Shown in pieces: positions 45,274-60,091 of a stretch of 64,000 nucleotides of DNA (the first letter of the stretch is position 1; each line of letters opens with the position of its first letter). A model generated the notes under the pieces. That model was not told the DNA's origin and ran no database searches. It worked only from the letters and a program-made list of their open reading frames with translations. Source of the DNA: the human T2T-CHM13v2.0 reference genome, Homo sapiens; assembly GCF_009914755.1 (NCBI RefSeq), contig NC_060937.1, one strand, 5' to 3'. Made by a program: the position numbers and the translations under genes.

Positions 45274-48200
45274 TATATATATACACATATATACATATAT
45301 ATATGTGTATATATATATATGTGTGTATATATATATATGTTCTTTGTCCACTCATTGATTGCTGAACACTTGGGCTGGTTCCATATTTTTGCAATTGCAA
45401 ATTAAGCTGCTATAAACATGCATGTGAAGTATCTTTTTTGTATAATGACTTCTTTTCCTCTGGGTAGATACCTAGTAGTGGGATTGCTGGATCAAACAGC
45501 AGATCTACTTTTAGTTCTTTAAGGAATCCCCAGTGTTTTCTGCAGTGATTGCACTAGTTCACATTCTCACCAACAGTGTAAAAGTATTTCCTTTTCACTA
45601 CATCCCCTCAAATATCAATTATGTTTTGATTTTTTTATTATGGCCATTCTTGCAAGAGTGAGGTGGTATCACATTGTGGTTTTGATTTGCATTTCCCTGA
45701 TAATTACTGATGTTGAGCATTTTTCCATTTGCTTGTTGGCCATTTGTATATCTTCTTTTGATAACTGTCTATTCATTTCTTTAGCCCACTTTTTGATGGG
45801 GTTATTTATTTCTTGCTGATTTGAGTTATTTGTAGATTCTGGATATTAGTCCCTTGTCAGATGTATACATTGCGAAGATTTTCTCACACTCTGTGGCTTG
45901 TCTGTTAACTCTGCTGATTATTTCTTTTGCTGTGCAGAAACTTTCTAGTTTAATTAAGTGTCCCATCTATTTATCTTTGATTTGTTGTATTTGCTTTTGG
46001 GTTCTTGGTCATGAAGTCTTTGCCTAAGCCAATATCTGGAAGGATTTTTCTGATGTTATCTTCTAGAATAGTTATGGTTCCAGGTCTTAGATTTAAGCCG
46101 TTGATTCATCTTGAGTTGATTTTTGTATAAAGTGAAAGATGAGGATCCAGTTTCATTCTTCTGCATGTGGCTTGCCAATTATCCCCCGACCATTTGTTGA
46201 ATAGGGTGTCCTTTCCCCACTTTATGTTTTTGTTTGCTTTGTTGAAGATCATTTGGCTGTAAGTATTTGGCTTTATTTCTGAGTTCTCTATGGTGTTCCA
46301 TTGGTCTATGTGCCTGTTTTTATACCAGTACCATGCCATTTTAGTGACTATGGCCTTATAGTATAGTTTAAAGTCGGGTAATGTGATGTCTCCAGATTTG
46401 TTCACTTTGCTTAGTCTTACTGTGGATATATAAGCTCTTTTTTGGTGCCATATGAATTTTAGGATTGTTTTTTCAAGTTCTGTGAAGAATGATGGTGGTA
46501 TTTGGATGGGAATTGCATTGAATTTGTAGATTGCTTTTGGTGATATGGTCATTTTCACAATATTGATTCTACCCATCCATGGGCATGCATGGGATGTGTT
46601 TCCATTTGTTTGTGTTGTCTATGATTTCCTTCAGCAGTGTTTTGTAGTTTTACTTGTAGAGGTCTTTCACCTCCTTGGTTAGGTATATTCCTAAGTATTT
46701 AAATTTTTTGCAGCTATTGTGAAAGGGATTGAGTTCTTGATTTGATTCTCAGCTTGGTCACTGTTGGTATATAGCAGAGCTACTAATTTGTGTATATTAA
46801 TTTTGTATCCTGAGAGTTTACTGAATGCATTTACCAGTTCTAGGGGCTTTTTGGCTGAGGTTTTAGGGTTTACTAGGTGTATGATCGTATCATCAGCAAA
46901 CAGTGACTTTTGACTTCCTCTTTACCGATTTAGATGCCCTTTATTTCTTTCTCTTGTCTGATTGCTCTGGCTAGGACTTCCAGTACTGTGTTAAATAGAA
47001 ATGCTGAAAGTGGACATCTTTGTCTTGTTCCAGTTCTCAGGAGGAATGCTTTCGACTTTTCACCTCTCAGTTCAATGTTGGCTGTGGGTTTGTCATAGAT
47101 GGCTTTTATTACCTTAAGGTATGTCCCTTGTATGCCGATTTTGCTGAGGTTTTTAATCATAAAGGATGCTGGATTTTTTCAAATGCTTTTTCTGAGTCTA
47201 TTGAGACGGTCATGGGATTTTTGTTTTTAATTCTGTTTATGTGGTATATCACATTCATTGACTTACGTATGTTAAACCATCCCTGTATAACTGGTATGAA
47301 ACCCACTGGATCATGGTGGATTATCTTTTTGATATGTTGTTGGATTTTGTTCACTAGTATTTTGTTGAGGATTTTGGCATCTATGTTCATCAGGGATATT
47401 GGTCTGTAGTTTGTTTTGCTGTTGTTGTTATTGTTCCGTCTTTCCCTGGTTTTGGTATTAGGGTGTTACTGGCTTCATAGAATGATTTAGGGAGGATTTC
47501 CTCTTTCTGTATTTTTTGGAATAGTGTCAATAGGATTGATACCCATTCTTTTTTGAACATCTGATTAGAATTCAGGTGTAAATCTGTCTGGTCCTGGACA
47601 TTTTTGGTTGCCAATTTTTTTTATTACCATTTCAATCTCACTGCTTGTTATTAGTCTGTTCAGAGGTTGTATATCTTCCTGGTTTAATCTAGGAGGGTTG
47701 TATATTTCCTGGAATTTATCCATCTCCTCTAGATTTTCTAGTTTATGTGCATAAAGGTATTCATAGTAGCCTTGAATAATCTTTTGTTTTTTTATCAGTT
47801 GTAATATCTCCCATTTAGTTACTAATTGAGCTTATTTGGATCTGCTCTCTTCTTTTCTTGGTTAATCTTGCTAATGGTCTATTTAATTATCTTTTCAAAG
47901 AAACAGCTTTTTGTTTCATTTATCTTTTGTATTGTTTCCTTTTTGTTTGTTTGTTTCATTTAGTTCTGCTCCGATCTTCGTTATTTCTTTTCTTCTGCTG
48001 GGATTGGGTTTTGATTGTTCTTGTTTCTCCAGTTCCATGAGGTGTGACCTTAGGTTGTCTATTTGTACCCTTTCAGACATTTGATGTAGGCATTTAATGC
48101 TATGAACTTTCCTCTTAGCATTGCTTTTGCTTTATCCCAGTGGTTTTGATAGGTTGTGTCACTATTATCATTGAGTTCAAAGAATTTTAAATTTCCATCT

Positions 48201-50665
48201 TGATTTCATTGCTGACCCAACGATCATTCAGGAGTAGGGTTATTTAATTTTCATGTATTTTCATGGTTTTAGGGGTTCCTTTTGGAGTTGATTTCCAATT
48301 TTATTTCACTGTGATCTGAGAGAGTACTTAACATAATCTCTATTTTCTTAAATTTACTGAGACTTGTTTTGTGGCCTATCATATGGTCTATCTTGGAGAA
48401 TGTTCCATGTGCTGATGAATAGAATTAATATTCTGCAGTTGGTGGGTAGAATGTTCTGTAAATATCTTGTTGAGTCCATTTGTTGTAGGGTATAGTTTAA
48501 GTCCATTGTTTCTTTGTTGACGTTCTGTCTTGATGACCTGTCTAGTGCTGTCAGTGGAGGACTAAACTTTCCCACTGTTATTTCGTTGCCATCTATCTCA
48601 TTTTTTAGGTCTAGTACTAATTGTTTTATAAATTTGGGAGCTCCAGTGTTAGACGCTTATGTATTTAGGATTGTGATATTTTCCTGTTGGACTAGTCCTT
48701 TTATCATCATATAATGTCCCTCTTTGTCTTTTTTAACTGCTGTTGCTTTAAAGTTTGTTTTGTCTGATATAAGAATAGCTACCCCAGTCCCTTCTAGCTT
48801 GTAGGGTTTCTAATGAGATATCTGCTGTTACTCTGATAGGTTTTCTTTTATAGGTTACCTGATGCTTTTGACTCACAACTCTTAAGATTCTTTCCTTTGT
48901 CTTGACTTTAGATAACCTGATGACTGTGTGCCTGGGCAATGATCTTTTTGAGATGAATTTCCCAGGCATTCTCTGAGCTTCTTGTATTTGGATGTTTAGA
49001 TCTCTAGCAAGGCCAGGGAAGTTTTCCTCCATTATTCCCTCAAATATGTTTTCCAGACTTTTAGATTTCCCTTCTCCCTCAGGAACACCAATTATTCTTA
49101 GGTTTGGAATGTTTAACACAGTCCCAAGCTTCTTGGAGGCTTTATTCTTTTTTTCATTATTTTTTCTTCATCTTTGATGGATTGGGTTAATTCAAAAGCC
49201 TTCTCTTCAAGCTCTGAAGTTTTTCCTTCTGCTTGTTTGATTCTATTGCTGAGACTTTCCAGTGCATTTTGCATTTCTCTAAGTGTGTCCTTGATTTCCA
49301 GAAATTGTGATTGTTTTTTATTTATGCTATCTATTTCACTGAAAAATTTTCCTTTCATATCCCATATCAGGTTTTATATTTCTTTAAGTTGAACTTCACC
49401 TATCTCTGGTGCCTCCTTGATTAGCTTAATAGTCAACCTTCTGAATTTTTTTTTTTCTGGCAATTCAGAGATTTCATCTTGGTTTAGATCCATTGCTGGT
49501 AAGCTGATATGATCTTCTAGTGGTGTTAAAGAACCTTGTTTTGTTATATTACCAGAATTGTTTTTCTGGTTCCTTCTCATTTTGGTAGACTAAGTCAGAG
49601 GGAAGATCTGGGATTCAAGGGCTGCTGTTCAGATTCTTTTGTTCCATGAGATGCTCCCTTGATGTGGTGTTCTCACCCATACCCTAGGAATGGTGCTTCC
49701 TAAGAGCCGAACTGTAGTGATTGTTTCTGCTCTTCTGGGTCTAGCCACCCAGTGGAGCTACCCTGCTCTAGGCTGGTACTGGGGAGTGTCTACAAAGAGT
49801 CCTGTGGTGTGATCCATCTTCAGGTCTTGCAGCCACGGATACCAGCACCTGCTCCAGTGGAGGTAGCAGGGGAGTGAAGTGAAGTGACTCTGTGTGGGTC
49901 CTTGGTTGTGTTTTTGTTTAGTGCACTACTTCTGTGTTGGTTTGGCCTCCAGCCAGGAGGTGGCACTTTCAAGAATGCATCAGCTGCAGTCCTATAGGGA
50001 GGATGCAAACTTGCTCTAGGGACACCTGGTTAAGTATTCAGGTTTCTCAGGTGGTAGGCAGGGCTGTAGAGCTCCCATGAGATTGTGACCTTTGTCTTTG
50101 GCTACCAGGATGGGTAGAGAAAGACCACCAGATGGAGGCAGGGATACGTGTGTCTGAGCTCAGCTTGCCCTTGGGTGGGGCTTGCTGCAGCTGCTGTGGG
50201 GAATGGGGATGTGGTTCCCAGTCTGATGGGGTTATGTTCCCAGGGGGATTATGGCTGCCTCTGCTGAGTCATACAGGTTGCCAGGGAAGTGGGGGAAAGC
50301 CAGCAGTCACAGACCTCACCCCGATCCCATGTAGCCCGCAGTCCTAAAGGCCACTCTCACTCCCACCGTGCCTCTCCAATGGCATGGAGTCTATTTCCAG
50401 GCAGCCGGTGACCAGGGCTGAGAACTTTCCCCAGACCATGAGCCTCCCCATTGAGAAAGCAAACAGACTCACAGTTTTTCAGCATCTCAGGGAGCCTGCA
50501 GCATTGATCCATTTCCTTCAAAAGATCTGTGTATTCTCTCATCTTTCCTGATATGTTCCCGCAGTAGTTCTTCGAGCAAAAGTTCACCATGTGAGTCTCT
50601 ATACACTCCTGCCTGTCTGAGCAGAAGCTGCAAGCTAGTCCTGCCTCCTATTGGCCATTTTAATC
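44911..50665 (-). mobile_element. Near full-length L1PB1-like LINE-1, inactive, internally deleted
   Basis: PB1-type 3' UTR, fragmented ORF2 (46106-48780) and ORF1 (48785-49580), PB-type 5' UTR up to ATTAAAATGGCC; TSD copy CCTCAAACATT at 50666-50676. Confidence 0.93.
45221..45338. repeat. (TA)n/(CA)n/(TG)n compound microsatellite inside the L1
   Basis: Visible directly. Confidence 0.97.
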
Positions 50666-51787
50666 CCTCAAACATTTATCATTTCTTTGTGTTAGGGACA
50701 TTCTAAATCTTCTCATCTAGTGACTTTTTGACTGGCATATTGATTTGGGCAATTCCGCATTTAACTCAGTTTTATCCTGGAGAGAGCAGAGTTGATTCAT
50801 AGGAATCAGCTGTTAAATACTTCCTAAAAATTTACCCAGTAACTTGGGAGGTAGACGGGCCTCATCCCTAATTAAATCACTGTTCTTCAGGGATCTATAC
50901 TCATATTTTCAGGCAAAGCAGCCCTATGTGGGTCACTGATTGGTCTTTGGTCTCTTATGCTGCAACTCTCAACCCCTGTAGAAGAATGCCACACAGTCAT
51001 TGGCTATGAATTCAAAGTGAGGAAAGCAAGGTCCCTCTTTCAACAGGGAGGGAACTTCAGAAACTTTTTTTTTTAATCTCTAATCCCCAGTCTTCTTAGT
51101 TTATGTTTCCAAAGATGCAGAAGATATTGAGTGAAGGAAAAAAGTACTTATTGTAAAATAATAATTTGGTGCTTAAATGAGAAAAAATATGTTTGTGTTA
51201 ATTTTGTTGTCATTGTTGCTAAAAAAAACACCCCATTTGTCCAAAGCAAACTTCTAGGAGCACAGCTAAGTATCACAGCATAAAATAAAAATCAAGATAA
51301 AGTTTGGCTAGAAAGAAATGCTGATAGATATTCATGTAAAACAAGAGAGTTTTCATTTTAGAGATGAACAGATAACACTGTAAAATAAGTAATTGTGTGT
51401 CTATTATTTAAGTTTGAAATCCAGCTGCCAGGGGCTATCATTAATTCTTGTTCCAAGCAAACATATCTTTTTCTTCTTTTCAAAAGATTCTTTGTTTAAT
51501 ATCTCTGGAACTTTTGTTTCATTTTTTAAAGTCTTCTACCTCAGTTGCTAATGGACAAGGTTTCCCTTTGTCTTTGGCTAGTTATTTCTTTCTTAGAGAC
51601 AAAGAGAAACAATGGTGCTTTTATCTATTTCTACTGGGGATGAATAGGGCCTGGTTATCTGAAATCCATGCCTATGACCAAGCAGCAAGAGGCAATGTGA
51701 TTATAGCAAAGAGATGAACAAAAACACAGCAAGAATAATGCAGAATTAAAAATATTTTAAGTTATTAGCAATTTTCATAAAAATAGG

Positions 51788-52600
51788 TGAAACTGACTTT
51801 GCCAAGTTATGACAGTAAAAGAAATATGATGTAGTTTACTCTATTTTGCTTCTGACATGCAAGCTGTCCTTGGTCATACCTAGGAATAGGTCAATCTAAC
51901 TTTGGGAAGAATTTAGTTTATAGTTTAACTTGAAAGCAAGGATGATAATAGTTTCTCCCTAAAATGAATCCCCTCCTTGCTCAGGGACTGAAAACATCTT
52001 TGTAAGACTAATGAAAGGCCACAAGAATAAATTATGAGAGGGGTTGAACTCTGTTAAAATGTAGGTTTAGTTTCTATAATCCCTTACTGCTCAGGACACA
52101 TGAGCCAAGAGGCCAGAGGTCACAAGATGGGTGTCGTTTCTATAACTCTGTACTGCTCAGGAATCATGTGGCCAGCAGTCACAAGATTTGTGACTTTTCC
52201 AATTGCTTCTATAGATAATGTCACTATTGTAGAATTTAAGATTGGTTTTTGACATGTTTCTCAGATCTATCCCACCCGGGCTTGTGACTAATGGTCCAGC
52301 TGGTCCTGTGGCCCCACCCAGAGGCAGACTCAGTGCATGAGGACCATTTTCTACAACCCTATGATATAATTCCCCAACCAAGCAGTAGCACCCATTCCCT
52401 AGCCCACTGCCCACCAAAAATTGTCCATAAAAACCCTAACCTCCAAGACTTCAGGGAGACTAATTCAAGTGATAACCCTAGTTCTCCTGCATGTCCCAGC
52501 CTCGTGACAATAAAACTTTTTCTACTGCAATATTGTGGTCTCAGTGAACTGGTTTGGTCTGTGCAGTGGGCAGAAAGAACATGTTGGGTGATTGATTACA
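51788..52600 (+). mobile_element. LTR8-family solo LTR (ERV1)
   Basis: Starts TGAAACTGACTTTGC, has CCCACCCAGAGGCAGACTCAG and AATAAA, ends GATTACA. Confidence 0.85.
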
Positions 52601-52757
52601 CAGATATTAAGGAGAGAGAACAACTGGGCTGAAATTGCTTAGTAATCATCCATTCAGTCCTTCATTATTTATTTTCAAGAATGCATGGCATGTAAATATA
52701 TAAAATTCTGTTAAGAATTTAATGAAAAAAATCACCAAATATGATTTTCTCTCTATC

Positions 52758-52759
52758 TG

Positions 52760-52790
<31 letters not shown>

Positions 52791-52807
52791 TGTGTCTGTG
52801 TGTGTGT
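52758..52807. repeat. (TG)n microsatellite
   Basis: Visible directly. Confidence 0.97.
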
Positions 52808-52940
52808 ACACAAATATACATATGTAGTAGATAGGGGACAGGGAGAAAGGCAGATTCTAGAGATTCTAGGCAGGAAAGGAAGGAGGTTGCAAGCAAACTT
52901 GAAAGTTATATTTTAATATCTCCAGAAATTAGGGCAATAA

Positions 52941-53224
52941 AGCTGGGTGCGGTGGCTCATGACTACAATCCCAGCACTTTGGGAGGCTGAGGTGTAAGGA
53001 TCTCTTGATCCAGGAGTTTGAGATCAACCTGATCAACATAGCAAGACCTCATTTCTATAAAAGAAGCATATATATTAGCTGGGGATGATAGTGCAAACCT
53101 GTGATCCCAGTTACTTAGGAGTTTGAAGTGGGAGAACCAGTTAAGCCCAGTTGGTCAGGGCTGCAGTGAGTTGTCATCATGCCACTGCCCTCCAGCCTGG
53201 GCAACAGCGTAAGACCCTGTCTCA

Positions 53225-53265
<41 letters not shown>
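52941..53265 (+). mobile_element. AluJ with (AAT)n tail
   Basis: Diverged dimer, (AAT)n at about 53225-53260. Confidence 0.92.
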
Positions 53266-53391
53266 TTATATTGGATCCTCATATATTTTTATTTAACTAA
53301 AGTATTTACAGCCTTTAGGAATAAAAATTATAGATATTTCCTCAGAGATCAAATTTATAGAAATGATATTTGACAGATTTGCTAATATAAA

Positions 53392-53751
53392 TAGGATTGA
53401 ATAGTTTAGCAAATAAAAATGTAGGACACCAGTTAAGTTTGAATTTCAGAAAAACTTCAAATAATTTTTGTATAAGTATATTTCAAATATTGCATGGGAC
53501 ATACTGAAAAGACTGCAAAGCAGTTGTGTTTGCTTAAAACAAAAACTAAGGTTGACTCTTGGCAGCTGAAATTTGTATTTCTACAGTAGACACACAATTA
53601 CTTATCCTGTCTGCTCGTTTTTTTAAATAAAAACTCCTCTATTTTATACAAATATTTTTAGCATGGAACATACTTATATTTTAAAATTATTTGTTATTTA
53701 TCTAAAATTCAAATTTAACTGGGCATCCTGTATTTTGTCTTGGCAACATTA
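53392..53751. mobile_element. MER53 palindromic MITE split at its centre
   Basis: Arms CCAGTTAAGTTTGAATTTCAGA and TCTAAAATTCAAATTTAACTGG are mutually complementary; termini TAGGATTG and CAACATTA. Confidence 0.8.
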
Positions 53752-54789
53752 GAAAATGCTACACTTACTTTAAATATCAGGAACGTTTAACATTTTAAAA
53801 AACAACCAATCCAAATTTTGTATAATTTGAAGTATTTAACACTCAAAAGAGGGAGTGTTATCCTAAGAGGTTGATAGAAGCCTTTTTCATTATATCTGAA
53901 TTTTAATCCTGTTCCAACCCAAAGGACCTAATCTCAATTTTGTAAATGTATTTTTTAACCTTGAAATTTGCAGATCTAGGAGAGTAAAAAAGTTCTTAAT
54001 ATCCTTGGAATATCTGTGTTTCTCTCTCCACAATGTTTCGCATCATCCTAACATGTCGTTACCTAAGACAATCAACCCAGTCTATCTTCTGTCGCTTTCT
54101 CTCTGCCTAGTTGTGCATGGTTCTCTGGGCTGTTTCAGGGTGGCTCCAGGGTTTGCAGACCAACCCTGAAGTCTGTTAGTTGCACTCTGTGAATTTTTCA
54201 GATCAACGGTGACAAGAAATATTTATAAAAGTGGCTGAAATACTTATACAAGGGTTTAAATTTCCCTGATTCTCGGTAATATGACTATAAATTTCTTTGT
54301 ATTTTAGGCTCACAATTATGCAGCCCACTACACTTTTCTAACGGCTCTTTTTTTTTTAAAAAAGGTAGTTTTAGTTTCATAGCAAAGGTGAGAGGAAGGT
54401 GTAGGGATATCCCCAATGTATACTCTTTTATTGGTTGTCATCTCATGAATCCACATATTTAGCCGCTTTCCATAACTTTATCACACACCATAGATGTTAC
54501 CTTAGTCCTTTCCAGGGCAGCCTTATGTATAGATTGGTAAAATTCCTCTTCCTTTTTCTGGATGTACTATATTCCTGATTCATTACCATTAAAGTCATGG
54601 CCAAAGCACTATTTCAGTGTAGGTATATAGTCACCTAATAATAATGTATGTTTATTACTGATAGCTATTGTACTCAGCGTACTATGTGCCAAACATTTCA
54701 AGTATTTTAAATGTTTGAAGTCACTCCTACATAAAGTATGTATTATCATCTTACCTTTGCAGAAGAGGAAACTAAGAAAAAAAGTTATA

Positions 54790-55310
54790 CAGCTAGTTAC
54801 TGTGGATTTGTCAATTTCTCTTTTTATGTTAGTCAAGGTTTGTTTTGTATATTTTCCAGCTATATTTAAGGAGCATACATGTTTAGAATTATTATGGTCA
54901 TTTAGTACATATATAGAAATATTTAATATTATATTCACCCCCTTTATCTCTAATGATTTTTCTTTGCCTGAAAACTTACTTGAATTTATAAGAGTTATTT
55001 ATACATTCTGGAGACAAGTCCTTTGTCAGGGATGTGTATTATAAATATTCCTTACCACTTACGTGACTTATCTTCTCAGTTTCTTAAAGGTGTCTTGATG
55101 AGCAGAAATTTTAAATTTTGATAAAGTTCAGTTTATAATGTTTCTTTCTTCTTAGAGTCAGTGCTTTCCAAGTCCTGTCTAAGAAACTTTCGTCCACCTC
55201 AAGATCAAGAATATCTTCTCCTGTGTTTTTTTCTACAATTTTCACTGTTTTAGCTTTTTATTTAGGTTTATTATCCATCCTGGAATTATTTTGTGTATCA
55301 TATAAGTTGC
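54790..55310 (-). mobile_element. Ancient L1M ORF2 fragments
   Basis: Minus-strand KQTLTNIKREIDKST (endonuclease region) and ATTCTGGAGACAAGTCCTTTGTCAG motif. Confidence 0.65.
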
Positions 55311-55806
55311 TTTTCCTCAAAAGTCATATCGTTTGCTTTAGTTTTGTTTGCTCTTCAGTGGCCTTCAAGTAGCTGTTTTGTTGGTTTATTTGCTTTTTCA
55401 TATTGTCTGGTCTATAATTATTATCCCTGGTAGGGTTAATCCAATTCAATCTACTTTGCCATTACTGAAGCTATTCCAAACACAACCAACCTCTTCATGT
55501 CCTGGAAGCATGGTGATAATGCCTAAATAGTTAACTCCTTCTTCTAGTATCCTGCCAGATGAATTTGTATCAGCAATTGTGTCATGTTCTGAGAGTTGCA
55601 CTAAACCACCAATCATTCAGTTGGTGAGGTCTTTGAGAAAAATGATAAATTTTGGGTTAGGTGATGAGAAAAGTGTGTGTTTTACATAGAGATTAAGGAG
55701 CCCTACCCTAGAGTGTATAAAGATTAGCCTATTGCTGTCATCAAAGTCATTTATCATTTATTACATATATTTTATTGCTTGGTAATAATCTTTTAGTTTG
55801 CAGTAA

Positions 55807-56999
<1,193 letters not shown>

Positions 57000-57570
57000 A
57001 AAAGTACATGTTTAATGAAAAATTAAGTAGTGAATTTACATTTCTCTGGACAGTTGATGATAAGTAAGTAATTTGTTTGTCTATGTTTACCATCCAATAG
57101 GGGGGCAATTCTAATAGCAGAAATTGGAAAAATTAGAACACACAAATCTGCTAAAGAACTACCAGTACCTACTTCAAGACATAGTAGTTTTATCAACAAT
57201 TTAACATATCTATCTGAAGACAATCACTTCACAAACCCTGTAAGGGTTACTTGCATATCACCAATTAGATCAAACCATTTTTCTTCTAAATCAATTTATT
57301 TTTAGTTCTCAGATTGGTTATGCATATAAATAAAGCAATAGCTGTTAAAACATTGGCTTCATTAACTGAAATAAAATTTAGAAAATAATTTAAATGAAGC
57401 CATTTTTATATCAGTATCATAAGAGGACTCAAACAGAAAAGCAGTTAATTTTTCTTCATCCAACTATAAACTCAAGACTCTTTATAAGTTTATTCTTTTA
57501 ATTAAATATCCAACATGATCTGGAAGCTGTTATAAACTCAGTTATAAATTTCAATATAGAAAATAATATT

Positions 57571-60091
57571 GAAGGAGGAGAGGAGCTAGATGGCTAAATA
57601 GAGGGCTCCACCAATCATCCCTCCTGCAAGGGCACAAATTTAACAAATATCAATATTAAAAAAGTACTTCAATAAGAACCGAAAATCAGTTGAGTACTCA
57701 AAGTACCTGGTTTTAACTCCATATCACTGAAAGGGGCATGGAAAAGGTAGAAAACATAGTCTTGAATAGCCAATGGCAACCCGTCCACTTCTCCAGAAGT
57801 AGCTGTGTGGCATAGAGAAAAAAATGTGTGCTCTTGGGAGAGGGAAGGTGCAGCAATTGTGAGATATGGTACTGAACTCTGTGTTGCCTTGTTATAGCAG
57901 AAAGCAAAGCCAGACTGAATTGAGTTGACACCTGCCCATGGAGGGAGTGTTTAAACCAACCATAGCCAGAGGAGTACGGCCCATCCCAAAAACTGGAACT
58001 TGAGTTCCAGTAAGCCTCACTATCTCGGGCTGGAGTCTTCTGGGGCCCTAAATAAACTTGAAAGGCAGCCTAGGCAACAAGGGCTGCAACTCCTAGGTGA
58101 GTCCTAGGGCTGAGCTGGGCTCAGAAGCCAGTAGACTAGGGAAACACATGACCTACTGAGACATCAACCAGAACAACTGGGGAAGTGCTGACACCACCTC
58201 TCCTCTAAGCCCAGACTGCACATCTCATGTCTCTAAAAGAGTCCCCTTCCTTCTACTTGAGGAGAGGAGAGGAGAGGGAAGAGTGGGAAGGACTTTGTCT
58301 TGCATCTTGGATGTCAGCTCAGCCACAGCAGGATAGGGCACTGGTCAGAGCTGCGAGAACCCCTTTCCAGGTCCTAGCTCCTAGACAACATTTCTAGACA
58401 CATCCTGGGCCAGAAGGGAACCCACTTCCTTGAAGGGAAGGACCCAGTCCTGGGAGGATTCAACATCTGCTAACTGAAGTGTTGGCCCTGAATAAACAGC
58501 AGCAATACCCAGGTAGTACAATGTGGCCCTTGAGGAAAGCAGAGGGAAAAGTAAAGGAGACTTGTCTTACACCATAGATAGCAGCTCTGCCACAGTAGGG
58601 TAGAGTACAACACAGGCTCTTGGGGTCCAGGATTCCAGGCCTTGGCTCTTGGATGGCATTTCTAGACCTGCCCTGGGTCAGAGGGCTGCCCACTGCCATT
58701 AAAGGTGAGTCCCAAGCTAAGCAGCATTCACCACAAGCTGACTGAAGAGCCCTTGGGCTTTAAGTAAACATCGGTGGTGGCTTGGCAGAATCCCCCCATG
58801 GGCCAGTGGTGGCAGCAGGCACAGAGCGAGGCTCTCTGCTTATGGCAAGGGGAAGGAAGAACAAGAAAGACTTTATATTGTGGTTCCAGTGCCAGCTTAG
58901 CCTCAGTAGAATAAAACATTAGGCAAATTTCTGAGGTTATTTTTGACTCCAAACTCTGGCTCCCAGACAGCATCTTTAGACCTGCTCAGGGCCTAGGGAA
59001 ACTCACCAACCTAAAGGAAAGGACACAAATTTGGCTGTCTTCACCAGCTACTGATCATAAGGCCCTAGGGCCTTGTGTGAACATAGGTGGTAGTGAGGTA
59101 GTGATTACAGTGGGCCTTTAGGCAAGACCTAATGTTATGCTGGCTCCGGGTCTGACACAGCACAGTCCCAGTTGTGGTAGCCACAGGGGTGCTCACATCA
59201 CCACACACCCAGTTACAGGCAGCTCAGCACAGAGAGAGACTCCATTTGTTCGGGAGAAAGTAAGAGAAAAGAACAAGAGTGTCCACATAGTAATCCAGAG
59301 AATTCTTCTGGATCTTATCTAAGACCACCAAGGCAGTACCTCTACGAGTCTCAAAAAAACCACAGTTATATTGGGTTTGGGGCCTAGGTCCCCTTGAATA
59401 CCTGGGAAGCCTTCTCAAGAAAGACAGGCACAAACAATTCCAGATTGTGAAGACTACAATGAATACCTACTTCTTCAATGTGCAGACACCAAAGAACATC
59501 TGCAAGCATCAAGATCATGCAGGAAAACATGACCAAACCAAATTAATTAAATAAGGCACTAGAGACCAATTCTGTAGAAACAGAGAATTGGATCTTTTAT
59601 ACAAAGAATTCAAAATAGCTCATTTGAAGAAACTTAAAGAAATTCAACATAACACAGAGAAGGAATGCAGAATTCTATCAGATAAATTTAACAAAGATAT
59701 TGAAATAATTCAAAACAATCATGCAGAAATTCTAGAGCTAAAAAATGCAATTGACACACTAAAGAATGCATCAGAGTCACATAATAGCAAAATGTATTAA
59801 GTGGAAGAGATAACTAGTGATCTTGAAGACAGGCCACTTGAAAATATATACTCAGAAGAGACAAAAGAAAAAAGAATAAAAAACACTGAAGCTCACCTAT
59901 GAGATCTAGAAATAGTCTCAAAATGGTAAATCTAAGAGTTATTGTCCTTAAAGAGGAAGTAGAGAAAAAGATGGGGTATAAAGTTTATTCAAAGAGATAA
60001 CAGAGAACTTCCCAAACCTAGAAAAAGATACCAATATTTAAGTACATGAATGTTATAGAACACCAAGAAGATTTAACCAAAAGACTACCTC
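57571..60091 (+). mobile_element. Old L1M (L1MA-era) 5' UTR with internal repeats plus truncated ORF1
   Basis: Starts ...CTAGATGGCTAAATAG; ORF1 remnant KEFKIAHLKKLKEIQ...EILELKNAI and ENFPNLEKD. Confidence 0.85.

Noticed and set aside
45152-45405. YI-repeat ORFs
   Set aside because: Translation of a (TA)n microsatellite
58260-59300. ~280-400 bp spaced diverged repeats
   Set aside because: These are the expected internal repeats of old L1M 5' UTRs
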